Origin: Spirochaetales bacterium | Lineage (GTDB): Bacteria > Spirochaetota > Spirochaetia > UBA9216 | NCBI GenBank assembly: GCA_016839055.1 | Contig: JAEKNX010000002.1 | Coordinates: 377,451 to 441,450, forward strand | DNA length: 64,000 nucleotides | Reading direction: 5' to 3' | Shown: positions 20,276 through 30,151 of the stretch, in pieces | Numbering within the stretch: the first letter of the stretch is position 1 | Layout: each line of letters opens with the position of its first letter | Program-made: the position numbers and the translations under genes | Notes under the pieces: model-generated | The model's database searches: none | What the model saw: the letters and a program-made list of their open reading frames with translations, nothing else | What the model was told of the DNA's origin: nothing

Positions 20276-21658
20276 TTAGCAGTTTCCGCAGCAGTTTCCA
20301 CAGCCACAGCCTTCTTTGGCTGCAGGCGGGGTAACTATAATCTTATCAAGACCCTTCCATTTCTTAAGATCTTTCGGAAGACCAGCTTCACGTTCCTTGT
20401 TTACATAATCACATGATTCAAAATGATACTCATATTTTGTATGAACATCGTAAGTTCCCTCGAGAAGGGCATAGGTGTCTTCCGTCATTACGAGTTCTTC
20501 GTTTGTCGGGATGACAAAGACCTTGACCGTTGAATCATCAGTACTGATGCAGGTTTCAGCATTACGGGTCATCGACGCTTTATTCTTTTCATCATCAATC
20601 TTTATACCCATGTATTCGAGGCCTTCGAGGGCGAGTTTTCTTGTGATAGGTCCGCGTTCGCCGACTCCTGCTGTGAATACGATGGCATCGGGTCCGCCGA
20701 TGGCGGCCGAATAGGCGCCGATATACTTCTTGATTCGGTAAGATTCGATCATCTGGCAGACGATTGCTCTCTCGTTACCTTCTTCGGCTGCAATCTCGAT
20801 ATCCCTGCGGTCAACCCATTTTTCGGTAATTCCGAGAACACCGCTTTCCTTGTTAAGAGCCGTTTCAACCTCGGCCGCACTCATGCCGGTCTTGTCCATG
20901 ATGAAGAAGGGTATTGCGGGATCAATATCGCCGCTCCTTGTTCCCATTACAAGCCCTTCGAGGGGGGTAAGGCCCATTGATGTGTCGAATGAACAGCCGT
21001 TCTTAACGGCATTGATGCTTGCGCCGTTGCCGATGTGAGCGATAACAAGGTTGGTTTCAAAAGGATCTTTGCCCAGGAGGGCGGCAGCACGCTTGGCTGT
21101 ATACAGAAAAGAAGTGCCGTGGAATCCGTATCTTCTTACGCCGAAATTTTCGTACCATTTATAGGGTAGAGCATAGATGTAGGCCTGTTCGGGCATCGTC
21201 TGGTGCCAGGCCGTGTCCATTATCGCGCAATGCTTTACATCCGGTAGTACTGCCTTCGCGCATTCAATACCAATCAGATTGGCAGGAATGTGGAGTGGCG
21301 CAAGCTGTTCGAGCTCACGAAAAGTCTTCATGGCCTCATCATCGATGATTACCGACTTGGCAAACTTTTCGGCTCCGTGGACAACTCTGTGTCCGACAGC
21401 CTTGATTTCAGTAATGTCTTTAATAGCACCATACTCATCATTCAGGATAGATTCAATGAGAAGATCCATTGCTTCTTTGTGAGTAGGGCATTCTCTTTCA
21501 ATTTTAACTTCGTCGTGGCCACTAGCTTCATGTTTGATAAAGCTTCCGTCAAGGCCTACTCGTTCTACAATACCTGCAGCCAGTGTCTCCATTTTGTCCC
21601 AGTTATAAAGCTGGTATTTAAGTGATGAACTGCCGCAATTAAGGGTTAATATAACCAA
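20276..21658 (-). CDS. ackA: Acetate kinase with C-terminal extension and Cys-rich tail
   Basis: LNCGSSSLK, GHRVVHG, RRYGFHGTS, GTRSGD and PTNEE motifs; TTG start with SD AGGAGG. Confidence 0.96.
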   Translation of the reverse strand: MVILTLNCGSSSLKYQLYNWDKMETLAAGIVERVGLDGSFIKHEASGHDEVKIERECPTHKEAMDLLIESILNDEYGAIKDITEIKAVGHRVVHGAEKFAKSVIIDDEAMKTFRELEQLAPLHIPANLIGIECAKAVLPDVKHCAIMDTAWHQTMPEQAYIYALPYKWYENFGVRRYGFHGTSFLYTAKRAAALLGKDPFETNLVIAHIGNGASINAVKNGCSFDTSMGLTPLEGLVMGTRSGDIDPAIPFFIMDKTGMSAAEVETALNKESGVLGITEKWVDRRDIEIAAEEGNERAIVCQMIESYRIKKYIGAYSAAIGGPDAIVFTAGVGERGPITRKLALEGLEYMGIKIDDEKNKASMTRNAETCISTDDSTVKVFVIPTNEELVMTEDTYALLEGTYDVHTKYEYHFESCDYVNKEREAGLPKDLKKWKGLDKIIVTPPAAKEGCGCGNCCGNC

Positions 21659-21770
21659 TTACTTCCTCCTAAAAATTATACACCTGATCATACATAAAAA
21701 CACGAGATTTTCAAGCAGGTGATTTGGGGCAAATTGAATCAGAATGTAAAAAATAGATTTATATAAGGGT

Positions 21771-23279
21771 ATGGATCAAAGAAAAACGCTAAGTTTGGTT
21801 TTCATCCTCCTGTGCTTGTTGATACAGCAAGATTATGCAGGCCCTCAGGACGCAGATGCGGGCAGGTCTGGGCTCACGGTCTCGGTGAAAAGTTCGCTCA
21901 ATAACATCGGAGATTTTACAAACAGGCTTCGTCTTGTCAATGAATATATCCGGCTGAGTGTCCTGTCAAATATAACCGGCGGCGAGCTTGATTTTATCGA
22001 ACCTTCCTTAATGTCAAAACCCTTTTCGGCCGGAAGACTGAAACTTAAAGGAGCCGTCCGGGAATTCTATACTTCTGGATCTTTCTCGGCCGGCTCGACT
22101 GTTTTTACAGAAAGCTCGGGATTGACTATTACCGATTCATTCAGCGGTTCTTCGCGCTATGGCGCCTTCCTCAGTACTGGAAGGACGTGGGCTTTCGTTC
22201 CGGATTCCGCGCTATGGGCGTTCAGGACCAATAGCGGAACCATGTCGGCAGGCCTGCTCTTGAAGAACATGGAGATGCTGCGGACGGATTCTCTCCTGGT
22301 CGAGACAAACTTCATTGCCTCAGCCGGTACTGTCCCGGCCCTGTCCTCCTCTGCCTGGTTCGCTGAAAGTCCTCTGCTGCCGGAACAGTATGCGGCCAAC
22401 TTGGCAGCCGAGCTAAGGTTTGTATTTCGGCTCCCGGCTAGCTCGTATGGAATAGATCGCCTGATGAAGATAGGAACCGGAAGAAAGGCAATGAGACCAT
22501 TAGGCGAAGGATTCTCAACGGCAGTGTCGGCCGTTGGTGAGCTTTCTCTTCCTACTTACACCGAGCGGGGAGGAGCCTTCCGGGGATTTCTCTGGCTTGG
22601 AACCGAAGCCGTTTCTTTTAAAGGATTTCTTGAATTTAACACCGACGGTTATATCTCTCCGTCAGGCAGCAGGAGACCCTCGGCGGGAAGCGGCGGCGGC
22701 CGTCTTTTTTTCGGAACTGGTGAAATATGGAAGCTTGATCTAAGCGCTGAGTATAACCAGTGGCAGGCTTACCCGGAAGTTCTTCTTGGCCGGGTTATTG
22801 AGAAGAAGGAAGAGTTCTCTGTAATAGCAGCCCTGAGTTCCGACAGTTTTTGGTTTAGGTTGAACGGAGCGTACAACTGGTGCTTTGATCGAAACGGGGT
22901 ATTCTTTGACAAAGGTGACGCTTCCGCAGGTTTCAGGACCGAATCATATGATCTTATCACGGCCGCGGAGGTGAGAGTATCAGGATTAAACATCTTTAAG
23001 GTACCCGAAGATCAGCGCCTGGAAACTGATGTTGAATTCCGTTGGAATCCTGACGGGTTTTCGGCCGGAACAAACTTTGGCTTGAAAGCAATGCTGTCGC
23101 CTGGAAGCTGTCTCGCTGACGAGGCAAAAATAAAACTGAATTTGAAGGCCTCGGTAGACGCCTATTCTGTAAGTGGAAGGTTCTCGGTAAATATCTATTA
23201 CAATAAAGACGGAGATGTTTTAAGTGATTTTATTGAGAAATATACACCTGAATTCTCTATTGGTTTTGAAAGTTCTTAA
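21771..23279 (+). CDS. Hypothetical exported protein, possibly an outer-membrane beta-barrel
   Basis: Signal peptide; many alternating hydrophobic/polar strands; aromatic C-terminus FSIGFESS. Confidence 0.55.
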   Translation: MDQRKTLSLVFILLCLLIQQDYAGPQDADAGRSGLTVSVKSSLNNIGDFTNRLRLVNEYIRLSVLSNITGGELDFIEPSLMSKPFSAGRLKLKGAVREFYTSGSFSAGSTVFTESSGLTITDSFSGSSRYGAFLSTGRTWAFVPDSALWAFRTNSGTMSAGLLLKNMEMLRTDSLLVETNFIASAGTVPALSSSAWFAESPLLPEQYAANLAAELRFVFRLPASSYGIDRLMKIGTGRKAMRPLGEGFSTAVSAVGELSLPTYTERGGAFRGFLWLGTEAVSFKGFLEFNTDGYISPSGSRRPSAGSGGGRLFFGTGEIWKLDLSAEYNQWQAYPEVLLGRVIEKKEEFSVIAALSSDSFWFRLNGAYNWCFDRNGVFFDKGDASAGFRTESYDLITAAEVRVSGLNIFKVPEDQRLETDVEFRWNPDGFSAGTNFGLKAMLSPGSCLADEAKIKLNLKASVDAYSVSGRFSVNIYYNKDGDVLSDFIEKYTPEFSIGFESS

Positions 23280-23417
23280 TCCCTGAGGCAGAAATGGACA
23301 ATCTACCAAAAGTCGGAAAAAAGTCAAATTAAAACATTGATAAATACGGAAATTAGGTTTACAATCATCAATAATTTAGAAAAGTATTGTAGAGTTTACG
23401 CAAACAGGAGCGAAGAA

Positions 23418-24656
23418 ATGGAAAAACTGCTGGTAATCAACTGTGGCAGCTCATCGCTTAAATATGAAGTATATGCGATGCCTGAACGAATGAGCCTTGG
23501 TAAAGGACTTGTAGAGAGAATCGGAGCTTCGGTGGGTAATATTACTCAAAAATCAGGAAACGGAGTTTTTGAGACAGAAGAGCCACTGCCGGATCACGAT
23601 GCGGCAATGGCTCTTGTGAAGAGAGCGCTCACCGACGCAGGAAATGGAATATTAAAATCGATTGATGAGATTACGGGAGTAGGACATCGAACCGTGCATG
23701 GCGGTGAAGATTATGCCTCTTCAGTGATAATTGACGACGATGTTATCGATGCGATAATAAGAAACAGTGATCTTGCCCCCCTTCATAATCCCGCGAATCT
23801 GACGGGAATTAAGGCCGCGATTGAAATGCTGCCGGGGGTAACCCAGGTAGCTGTGTTTGACACCGCCTTCCACCAGACCCTGTCTCCGGCATCTTATTTA
23901 TATGGACTTCCTCGGGAACTTTATACAAAGTACAAAATTCGAAGATACGGATTTCACGGAACAAGTCACCGCTATGTATCAAGTGAAGCTGTGAAGCTCA
24001 TGAAAAGATCACCTGAGAATACCAACGTTATCTCCTGCCATCTTGGAAACGGGGCATCTATTACGGCAATTAAACAGGGGAAGTCGGTAGAGACCTCCAT
24101 GGGTTTTACCCCCCTGGAAGGTCTGGTTATGGGAACCCGAAGCGGCGACCTTGATCCGGCAATTATATTATTCCTTCTTGATAAGGGATACAGCAAAGAA
24201 GATATTAATCGGATGATTAACAAAGAAGGCGGACTGCTTGGCCTTTCGGGCATATCCAATGACATGAGGGATATTCATAAGGCTGCAGATCAGGGAAATG
24301 TAGATGCTCAGGAAACCCTGGAAGTCTTCGCCCACAAGATAAGACAGTATATCGGAGCCTATTCGGCAAATATGATCAAGGTTGATGCACTTATATTCAC
24401 CGGCGGAATAGGTGAAAACGATACGAGAATGAGGCAGAGGATTTGCCGCCGACTTCAGAACATCGGAATTGTCATGGATGACGAGAAGAATCAGTCTAAC
24501 GGTTCCAGGCCGGGTATTGTCTCAAGGGATTATTCTCCGGTAACTATAATCGTCATGCCGACAAATGAAGAGCTGCAGATAGCCATAGATACTTATGAGC
24601 TGATATCTCAGGAGCAGCAAGTAAACAAGGGGTTTATGGCAGAAGCCATTTTATGA
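23418..24656 (+). CDS. ackA: Acetate kinase, second paralogue
   Basis: INCGSSSLK, GHRTVHG, RRYGFHGTSH and PTNEE motifs; SD AGGAG before ATG 23418. Confidence 0.95.
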   Translation: MEKLLVINCGSSSLKYEVYAMPERMSLGKGLVERIGASVGNITQKSGNGVFETEEPLPDHDAAMALVKRALTDAGNGILKSIDEITGVGHRTVHGGEDYASSVIIDDDVIDAIIRNSDLAPLHNPANLTGIKAAIEMLPGVTQVAVFDTAFHQTLSPASYLYGLPRELYTKYKIRRYGFHGTSHRYVSSEAVKLMKRSPENTNVISCHLGNGASITAIKQGKSVETSMGFTPLEGLVMGTRSGDLDPAIILFLLDKGYSKEDINRMINKEGGLLGLSGISNDMRDIHKAADQGNVDAQETLEVFAHKIRQYIGAYSANMIKVDALIFTGGIGENDTRMRQRICRRLQNIGIVMDDEKNQSNGSRPGIVSRDYSPVTIIVMPTNEELQIAIDTYELISQEQQVNKGFMAEAIL

Positions 24657-24706
24657 CATTAGTCATTGTGTAGGTGTTTGGAAAAGGCTATGTAGGCCTT
24701 CCTATT

Positions 24707-24742
24707 GAGGCTGTCCTTGTGTTGCTTGGACAGCCTCTTTTT
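24707..24742 (+). terminator. Rho-independent terminator between ackA2 and mgtE
   Basis: GAGGCTGTCC...GGACAGCCTC followed by a T-tract. Confidence 0.8.
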
Positions 24743-24743
24743 A

Positions 24744-26075
24744 TTACAGCATTATTTTCGCAATCTCAAAATAGATTGTAAGACCCGCTACATCTATGAC
24801 TGTTGCCATGAGCGGGGCGGACATCACGGTTGGATCAAATCCAAGCCTGTTAATTAAAAGCGGCGCCAGGGTTCCTACAAGTGTCGAAAACACGACGACA
24901 AAGACCAGTGATACTCCAATTGTTATCGATTGTGAGAATAATGCGCCCGGCGGAAAGAAATAACTTCTTAACACAATAACCACCCCGGTTATCAGTCCCA
25001 TCGTTATTCCCACAATAGTTTCTTTTAACAGTATTATTCCAGCGTCTCTCGAGTGAATCTCTCCGGTTGCAAGTCCTCTTATCATTAGGGTCGATGACTG
25101 ACTGCCGGAGTTGCCCCCCGTCTGGGTAATTACCGGCATGAATATGAAGAGAAATGCTGCTGTGGTGATTAGCTCAGAGTAATGGTCAATTACATTTGAG
25201 GTAACGGTTCCGAGAATAAGGAGTACAACAAGCCATGGGACTCTTTTTTTTACGAGACTCCAGATTGAGCTGTCAAGATAACGATCGATGTTACCTGTCA
25301 TAGCTCCCATCTTGTATGTATCCTCGGTGTGCTCCTCGCGGATGACGTCGATGATATCATCGAAGGTTACTATTCCCAGAAGTTGGTTCCTGCTGTCCAC
25401 GACCGGAACAGCAATCAGGTTATAAGTTTCAAGGGTTTTTGCAACCTCTTCCTGGTCAGTTTCTTCGCGAACCGAAACATAATTTCTTTGCATTATATCG
25501 TTTATGAGCATGTGGTCATCAGATTTAAGTAGATCACGTAGCGAAAGGACTCCGAGAAGGCGCTGGAATTCATCTAATACATAGATGTAATAGACTGTTT
25601 CAACCTCGACGGCTCCCTTTCTTACAAAGTTTATTGCCTGAGAGACGCTTATGTCCGCCCTGACGGCAAGATACCTGGGCGTCATCAGACCGGCCGCATC
25701 GTCCTCATCAAATCTCAGTAGAAAGAGGGTTTCTTTCTTTGCTTTCTCACTGAGGCTGTTCCATGCTTCTTTCCGGACTTCGGGAGAAACGGACTGAATA
25801 AAGTCGGTAAGGTCGTCCGGATCCATTTCAGATAGTATCTGGTTTATACTCTGCGCTGACAGTGATTCTATCAGTTTTTCCTGTTCCGTATTTGACAGTG
25901 AGTTGAGAAGATCGACCTTTGCCTCGAGGGGGAGGTTTAGCATGATCTTTAGAGCATCCTCAGTATTGAAAGTGCCCCATTCCCCTATTATCTCCGCGAG
26001 AGGGATTTCTCGGAGGATTCTCTTTAGTTCCTCCGGAGGAGTCTCGACTATGTTCAATTTATCTTTAAGTTCCAT
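24744..26075 (-). CDS. mgtE: Magnesium transporter MgtE
   Basis: AGLMT, CBS pair, GGNSGSQS and DPTVMSAP motifs; SD GGAGG before ATG 26075. Confidence 0.95.
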   Translation of the reverse strand: MELKDKLNIVETPPEELKRILREIPLAEIIGEWGTFNTEDALKIMLNLPLEAKVDLLNSLSNTEQEKLIESLSAQSINQILSEMDPDDLTDFIQSVSPEVRKEAWNSLSEKAKKETLFLLRFDEDDAAGLMTPRYLAVRADISVSQAINFVRKGAVEVETVYYIYVLDEFQRLLGVLSLRDLLKSDDHMLINDIMQRNYVSVREETDQEEVAKTLETYNLIAVPVVDSRNQLLGIVTFDDIIDVIREEHTEDTYKMGAMTGNIDRYLDSSIWSLVKKRVPWLVVLLILGTVTSNVIDHYSELITTAAFLFIFMPVITQTGGNSGSQSSTLMIRGLATGEIHSRDAGIILLKETIVGITMGLITGVVIVLRSYFFPPGALFSQSITIGVSLVFVVVFSTLVGTLAPLLINRLGFDPTVMSAPLMATVIDVAGLTIYFEIAKIML

Positions 26076-26183
26076 GGACACCTCCGGTAATTGATTTAAG
26101 TAAAGGATACTCCGTTTAAGGTATTATTTAAAGTAAATTATGCAACTAAAATATAATGCACCTATTATGGAGAGCGTCTTATA

Positions 26184-27107
26184 TTAACTAAAATTTCCTA
26201 TCAGCTGAATCTCGGGTTCAAGTTCAAAACCATATGCCTGTTTCACTTCTTCTCTTGTGAAATTAATCAGCCTGAGTATGTCCTTCGACGTGGCGCTTCC
26301 GGTATTTATTATTATGTTTGCATGTTTATCCGAGATCTTCGCGCCGCCGATAGTTTTTCCTCGTAGGCCCAGCGAATCGATTATCGCACCGGAGGGCTCT
26401 CCGAAACTGCGGTTATTCTTAAATATTGAACCCGCGCAGGGCGCCGCGTAATGTCCTTTCTTCTCGCGGTCACTGCGGTTGCTGTTCATGTTTTTCCGGA
26501 TTATTGCAGGATTCCCGGGATTCAGATGAAATGACGCTTCTATAATTACTGATTTAATGTTCTGAAACGGAGATTGTTTGTAGTTGAAAATCCCGTCTGA
26601 GTTTTCCATTGTCAATACGATTTTTTTCTCATCAATATAAGTTACGGTCTTGAGGATATCGGAAAAAGAGGTTCCGTAGCATCTCGCGTTCATCCAGATG
26701 CCTCCGCCAATTGTCCCGGGCATCCCGTAGAATGAGTCGAAACCGCTTAATCCGGCCGAGTATGCGGCCTCTGCCGCTTCATCTACCCTTGTTCCTGCTC
26801 CGCAGATGAGGGTTCCGTCGGAGTCGACTTTGATCGCGTTCAGATTAGTCATATCAATCACAAGTCCACTTATGCCTTCATCGGACACAAGAAGATTCGC
26901 TCCGCCTCCCAGGATAAAAATCGGGAAATCGAGGCCGAAGGCGCCTATCTGTTCTATAATTGATTTCAGCTCTGTCGTATCGGCGGGCTTGATGAAAATC
27001 TCAGCTGGGCCGCCCGTCTGGAAGGTTGTATGGTCAGACATCGGCTCATTGAAATGTAATTCGCCGTTGATGTTGATTCTTTTGAGTATATTCCGTAAAT
27101 TATCCAC
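26184..27107 (-). CDS. murB: UDP-N-acetylenolpyruvoylglucosamine reductase
   Basis: HTTFQTGG, LGGGANLL, PGTIGG..MNA, GSIFKN, KHAN and LEPE motifs. Confidence 0.96.
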   Translation of the reverse strand: MDNLRNILKRININGELHFNEPMSDHTTFQTGGPAEIFIKPADTTELKSIIEQIGAFGLDFPIFILGGGANLLVSDEGISGLVIDMTNLNAIKVDSDGTLICGAGTRVDEAAEAAYSAGLSGFDSFYGMPGTIGGGIWMNARCYGTSFSDILKTVTYIDEKKIVLTMENSDGIFNYKQSPFQNIKSVIIEASFHLNPGNPAIIRKNMNSNRSDREKKGHYAAPCAGSIFKNNRSFGEPSGAIIDSLGLRGKTIGGAKISDKHANIIINTGSATSKDILRLINFTREEVKQAYGFELEPEIQLIGNFS

Positions 27108-27159
27108 AGACGGATTTTACTTTATAATCCGATGTTATTCTATACACAGGAGGTTCGCA

Positions 27160-28569
27160 ATGGAAGTTAGACTGCATAATACTCTCGGCCGCGAAATACA
27201 GGTTTTTAATCCTATCAATAAATCAGAGGTCGGACTCTACTGCTGCGGACCTACAGTATATAATTATGCTCATATCGGAAATCTGCGAACCTATGTATTT
27301 GAAGACCTTCTGCGGCGGAGCCTCGAGTATGCTGGCTATAGTGTCAATCATGTAATGAACGTTACCGATGTCGGACATTTGACAGGTGATGAGGATGACG
27401 GCGAAGACAAGATGGAAAAAAGCGCCCGTGAAACCGGCAAGACTCCTGAAGAAGTAGCGGCCTTCTATACCGAAGCTTTTTTTACTGATATCGACCGTCT
27501 GAATATAGTAAGACCAAAGACTGCCTGTGTAGCTACTAAGCATATCGGAGAGATGATCGCTCTTATAAAGAAGCTTGAAGAAAGGGGATTCACCTATACT
27601 TCCGGCGGAAATGTTTATTTTGATGCCTCGAAGTTTGAAAGATACGGAGAGATGGCCCTTCTTGACCGGCAGAAACTTCGAAACGGCGCGAGGATTGAAA
27701 TAGACACGAACAAAAAGAACCCGCGTGATTTCGTACTTTGGTTTACTAAATCCAAGTTTGAGAATCACATAATGCAGTGGGATTCTCCCTGGGGGAAGGG
27801 GTATCCGGGCTGGCATATCGAATGCTCGGCTATGAGTATTAAGTACCTTGGGGATCAGTTTGATATCCACTGCGGCGGAATTGATCATATCCCGGTTCAC
27901 CATACCAACGAGATTGCACAGTCAGAGGCCGCAAGCGGTAAGAAATGGGTTAACTACTGGGTTCACGGAGAATTCCTGTTGATGGACAAACAGAAGATGG
28001 CAAAATCGGCAGGTAACTTTCTTACCCTCCAGACTCTGATTGATAAGGGTTATGAAGCTCTCGATTACAGGTTTTTCTGTCTCGGCGGGCATTACCGGTC
28101 ACAGCTTGTTTTTAATTTTGATTCACTCGATGCTGCAAGAAATGCTCGTCTTAGTCTTAATCAGCGGGTTTCCGAGCTTAAATCTGAAGCTGAACCGGTT
28201 GCAGCCGGGAACCTGACAGGTAGAGCGCTGGAGATTATGGATAAGTTCAGCAAAGATATTCTTAATGACTTGAATGCTCCAAAGGCTCTTGCCTCTATGT
28301 GGGCCCTGCTGAAAGATCAGGATATTGCCGCTTCGGAAAAACTCGGCGCCGTTCTTGAGATGGACCGGGTGCTGGGGCTACAGCTTGATAAGGTCGAGAG
28401 TGATAGTCCTGAACTGACCAAAGAGGAAATGGCGCTGATAAACCAGAGGGAAGCAGCGCGTGCTTCTAAAGATTGGGCCAAGGCGGATGAGGCACGTGAT
28501 AAGCTGCTGTCAATGGGGATTATCGTTAAAGATACGGCAAATGGTTCCCAATGGAAGAAAAGATTGTAA
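27160..28569 (+). CDS. cysS: Cysteine-tRNA ligase
   Basis: CGPTVY, HIGN, PGWHIEC and KMAKS motifs; SD AGGAGG before ATG 27160. Confidence 0.97.
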   Translation: MEVRLHNTLGREIQVFNPINKSEVGLYCCGPTVYNYAHIGNLRTYVFEDLLRRSLEYAGYSVNHVMNVTDVGHLTGDEDDGEDKMEKSARETGKTPEEVAAFYTEAFFTDIDRLNIVRPKTACVATKHIGEMIALIKKLEERGFTYTSGGNVYFDASKFERYGEMALLDRQKLRNGARIEIDTNKKNPRDFVLWFTKSKFENHIMQWDSPWGKGYPGWHIECSAMSIKYLGDQFDIHCGGIDHIPVHHTNEIAQSEAASGKKWVNYWVHGEFLLMDKQKMAKSAGNFLTLQTLIDKGYEALDYRFFCLGGHYRSQLVFNFDSLDAARNARLSLNQRVSELKSEAEPVAAGNLTGRALEIMDKFSKDILNDLNAPKALASMWALLKDQDIAASEKLGAVLEMDRVLGLQLDKVESDSPELTKEEMALINQREAARASKDWAKADEARDKLLSMGIIVKDTANGSQWKKRL

Positions 28570-28594
28570 CTTTAAGTAAGGTTTGTTGTTTATT

Positions 28595-29122
28595 ATGATG
28601 GATGATGAGAGGATTGTCGAATCTTTCGAACAGGTTTATGAAGAGGTATTCTCAGTTCTCATCAAAATTGCGTACTATATTACCGGTGATACGGATGTCG
28701 CGGAAGAGCTTTCTCAAGAGGCTTTTTTAAGGTATATCAGCCGATCCGTGAGTATTTCGACTGTTGAACAATCAAGATACTGGCTGATCAGGGTGGTTAA
28801 AAACCTATGTTATAATTATGTAAAACGGAAAGGCCGAGAAGGCCGTGCTGTTGACAGAATAAAAGAACTGCCGATGTTTGAGTTGTCAAATGGAGAGCAG
28901 GAGCTTGTCAGAAAAGAGAAGATAGAAACCGTTCAGCGGGCGTTGATGCAGCTTCCGTTAAAACTTCGAACGGTTTTAATCCTGAAAGAATACGGTCAGC
29001 TCACTTATAAAGAGATTGCCGTCATTCTTAAAATAACAGAAGGGAACGTGAAGGTAAGAGTGTATAGAGCTAGAGCCGGTTTGGAAGAGATTCTTGACGG
29101 GGAGGGCTTCGATGTGTCCTGA
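28595..29122 (+). CDS. ECF-type RNA polymerase sigma factor
   Basis: AEELSQEAF/WLIRVVKNL region 2 and TYKEIAVIL..TEGNVKVRVYRAR region 4; start uncertain (28583-28598). Confidence 0.92.
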   Translation: MMDDERIVESFEQVYEEVFSVLIKIAYYITGDTDVAEELSQEAFLRYISRSVSISTVEQSRYWLIRVVKNLCYNYVKRKGREGRAVDRIKELPMFELSNGEQELVRKEKIETVQRALMQLPLKLRTVLILKEYGQLTYKEIAVILKITEGNVKVRVYRARAGLEEILDGEGFDVS

Positions 29123-29657
29123 CAGTCAATTAGTATCAACATATTATGATAAAGAGCTGGATCAAAGATGGTCTGGAGAAATTAAAAGCCATATAGCCGG
29201 CTGCGATAAATGCGGGATTCAGGTGTCCAAGTATCAGGAAATGAGCAAGCTGCTTGGCAGCTGCAGGGTGCCGGGCGAACAGGAAATGAAGCTCAGGGTG
29301 CTTGGAGTAATCGAGCGCAGGCGCAAGGTTGAATATCATGAAGTTTTCTGGAAAAAACACCTGGCTGTCTCTGTTCCTGTCTTAATGGGAGCCGCAGCCC
29401 TGATGATAATATTTTTTGCCGGAATACTGATGGGATTTTTTCCTTCTCAGACGCGGGATTCTCAGGTTGTTGAAGAAATCAGGACTCACAGCATAGGTAT
29501 TAATGTCCAGGTAATAAATCTTGAAGATGCGGCAGCATATATTCTGGCAGACGATTCAGGTTTTGATCTGCTGATAACTATTCCGTCAAATGAGACTCTG
29601 TCGGTAAACGGTGAGCCCCAATTGATAAGAGAAGCTGATTACAAACGGGGTCAATAG
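29112..29657 (+). CDS. Zinc-finger (ZAS) anti-sigma factor, single TM
   Basis: MCPD...HIAGCDKC (Hx3Cx2C) followed by a TM helix; directly downstream of the ECF sigma gene. Confidence 0.85.
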   Translation: MCPDSQLVSTYYDKELDQRWSGEIKSHIAGCDKCGIQVSKYQEMSKLLGSCRVPGEQEMKLRVLGVIERRRKVEYHEVFWKKHLAVSVPVLMGAAALMIIFFAGILMGFFPSQTRDSQVVEEIRTHSIGINVQVINLEDAAAYILADDSGFDLLITIPSNETLSVNGEPQLIREADYKRGQ

Positions 29658-30151
29658 TGAAACATCTTCTGTCGGGTATTTCTCTTTTATTTTTTGTAAC
29701 TTTTTGCATTGCGGCTCAGTCAGACGATTTTGATATAAAAGATATCGAAGGTAAAAAACTCTCGGTAAATTTGAATACCAGGCTCCTTGGTACCGAGAAT
29801 GAAACTGTCTGGCATATGGAGAGTACGAATCTTACTATATCCGGGGAAGCGGTCAAGGTTAAACTAAAAGGGGAGAATCTCGTTCTTATAGCAAATATTA
29901 CGCCTTATCTTAATCCTGATAATACAATTTTTCTTGTCGCGAAAGGAGAGATTTTTCTCTCGGATAGTGATGACAGCGAAGAAGTTAAATACTATACTAC
30001 GCTGCAGAGTCTGCCTGTCGAAGACGGCGAGAAGGTTATATTTTTTCCACTGGGCATGGCTTATGATTCCAACAGCAATTTTTACAGCATAGAAATGGAG
30101 ATTCAGGTCTTGTCTGCTGAATACGGGGACGGCCAGGCAAACAAAGAATGA
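29657..30151 (+). CDS. Hypothetical exported protein
   Basis: Signal peptide; translationally coupled within the ECF operon. Confidence 0.7.
   Translation: MKHLLSGISLLFFVTFCIAAQSDDFDIKDIEGKKLSVNLNTRLLGTENETVWHMESTNLTISGEAVKVKLKGENLVLIANITPYLNPDNTIFLVAKGEIFLSDSDDSEEVKYYTTLQSLPVEDGEKVIFFPLGMAYDSNSNFYSIEMEIQVLSAEYGDGQANKE

Noticed and set aside
26806-27159. N-terminal extension of cysS in the ORF track
   Set aside because: It is antisense to murB; the true start at 27160 has SD AGGAGG.
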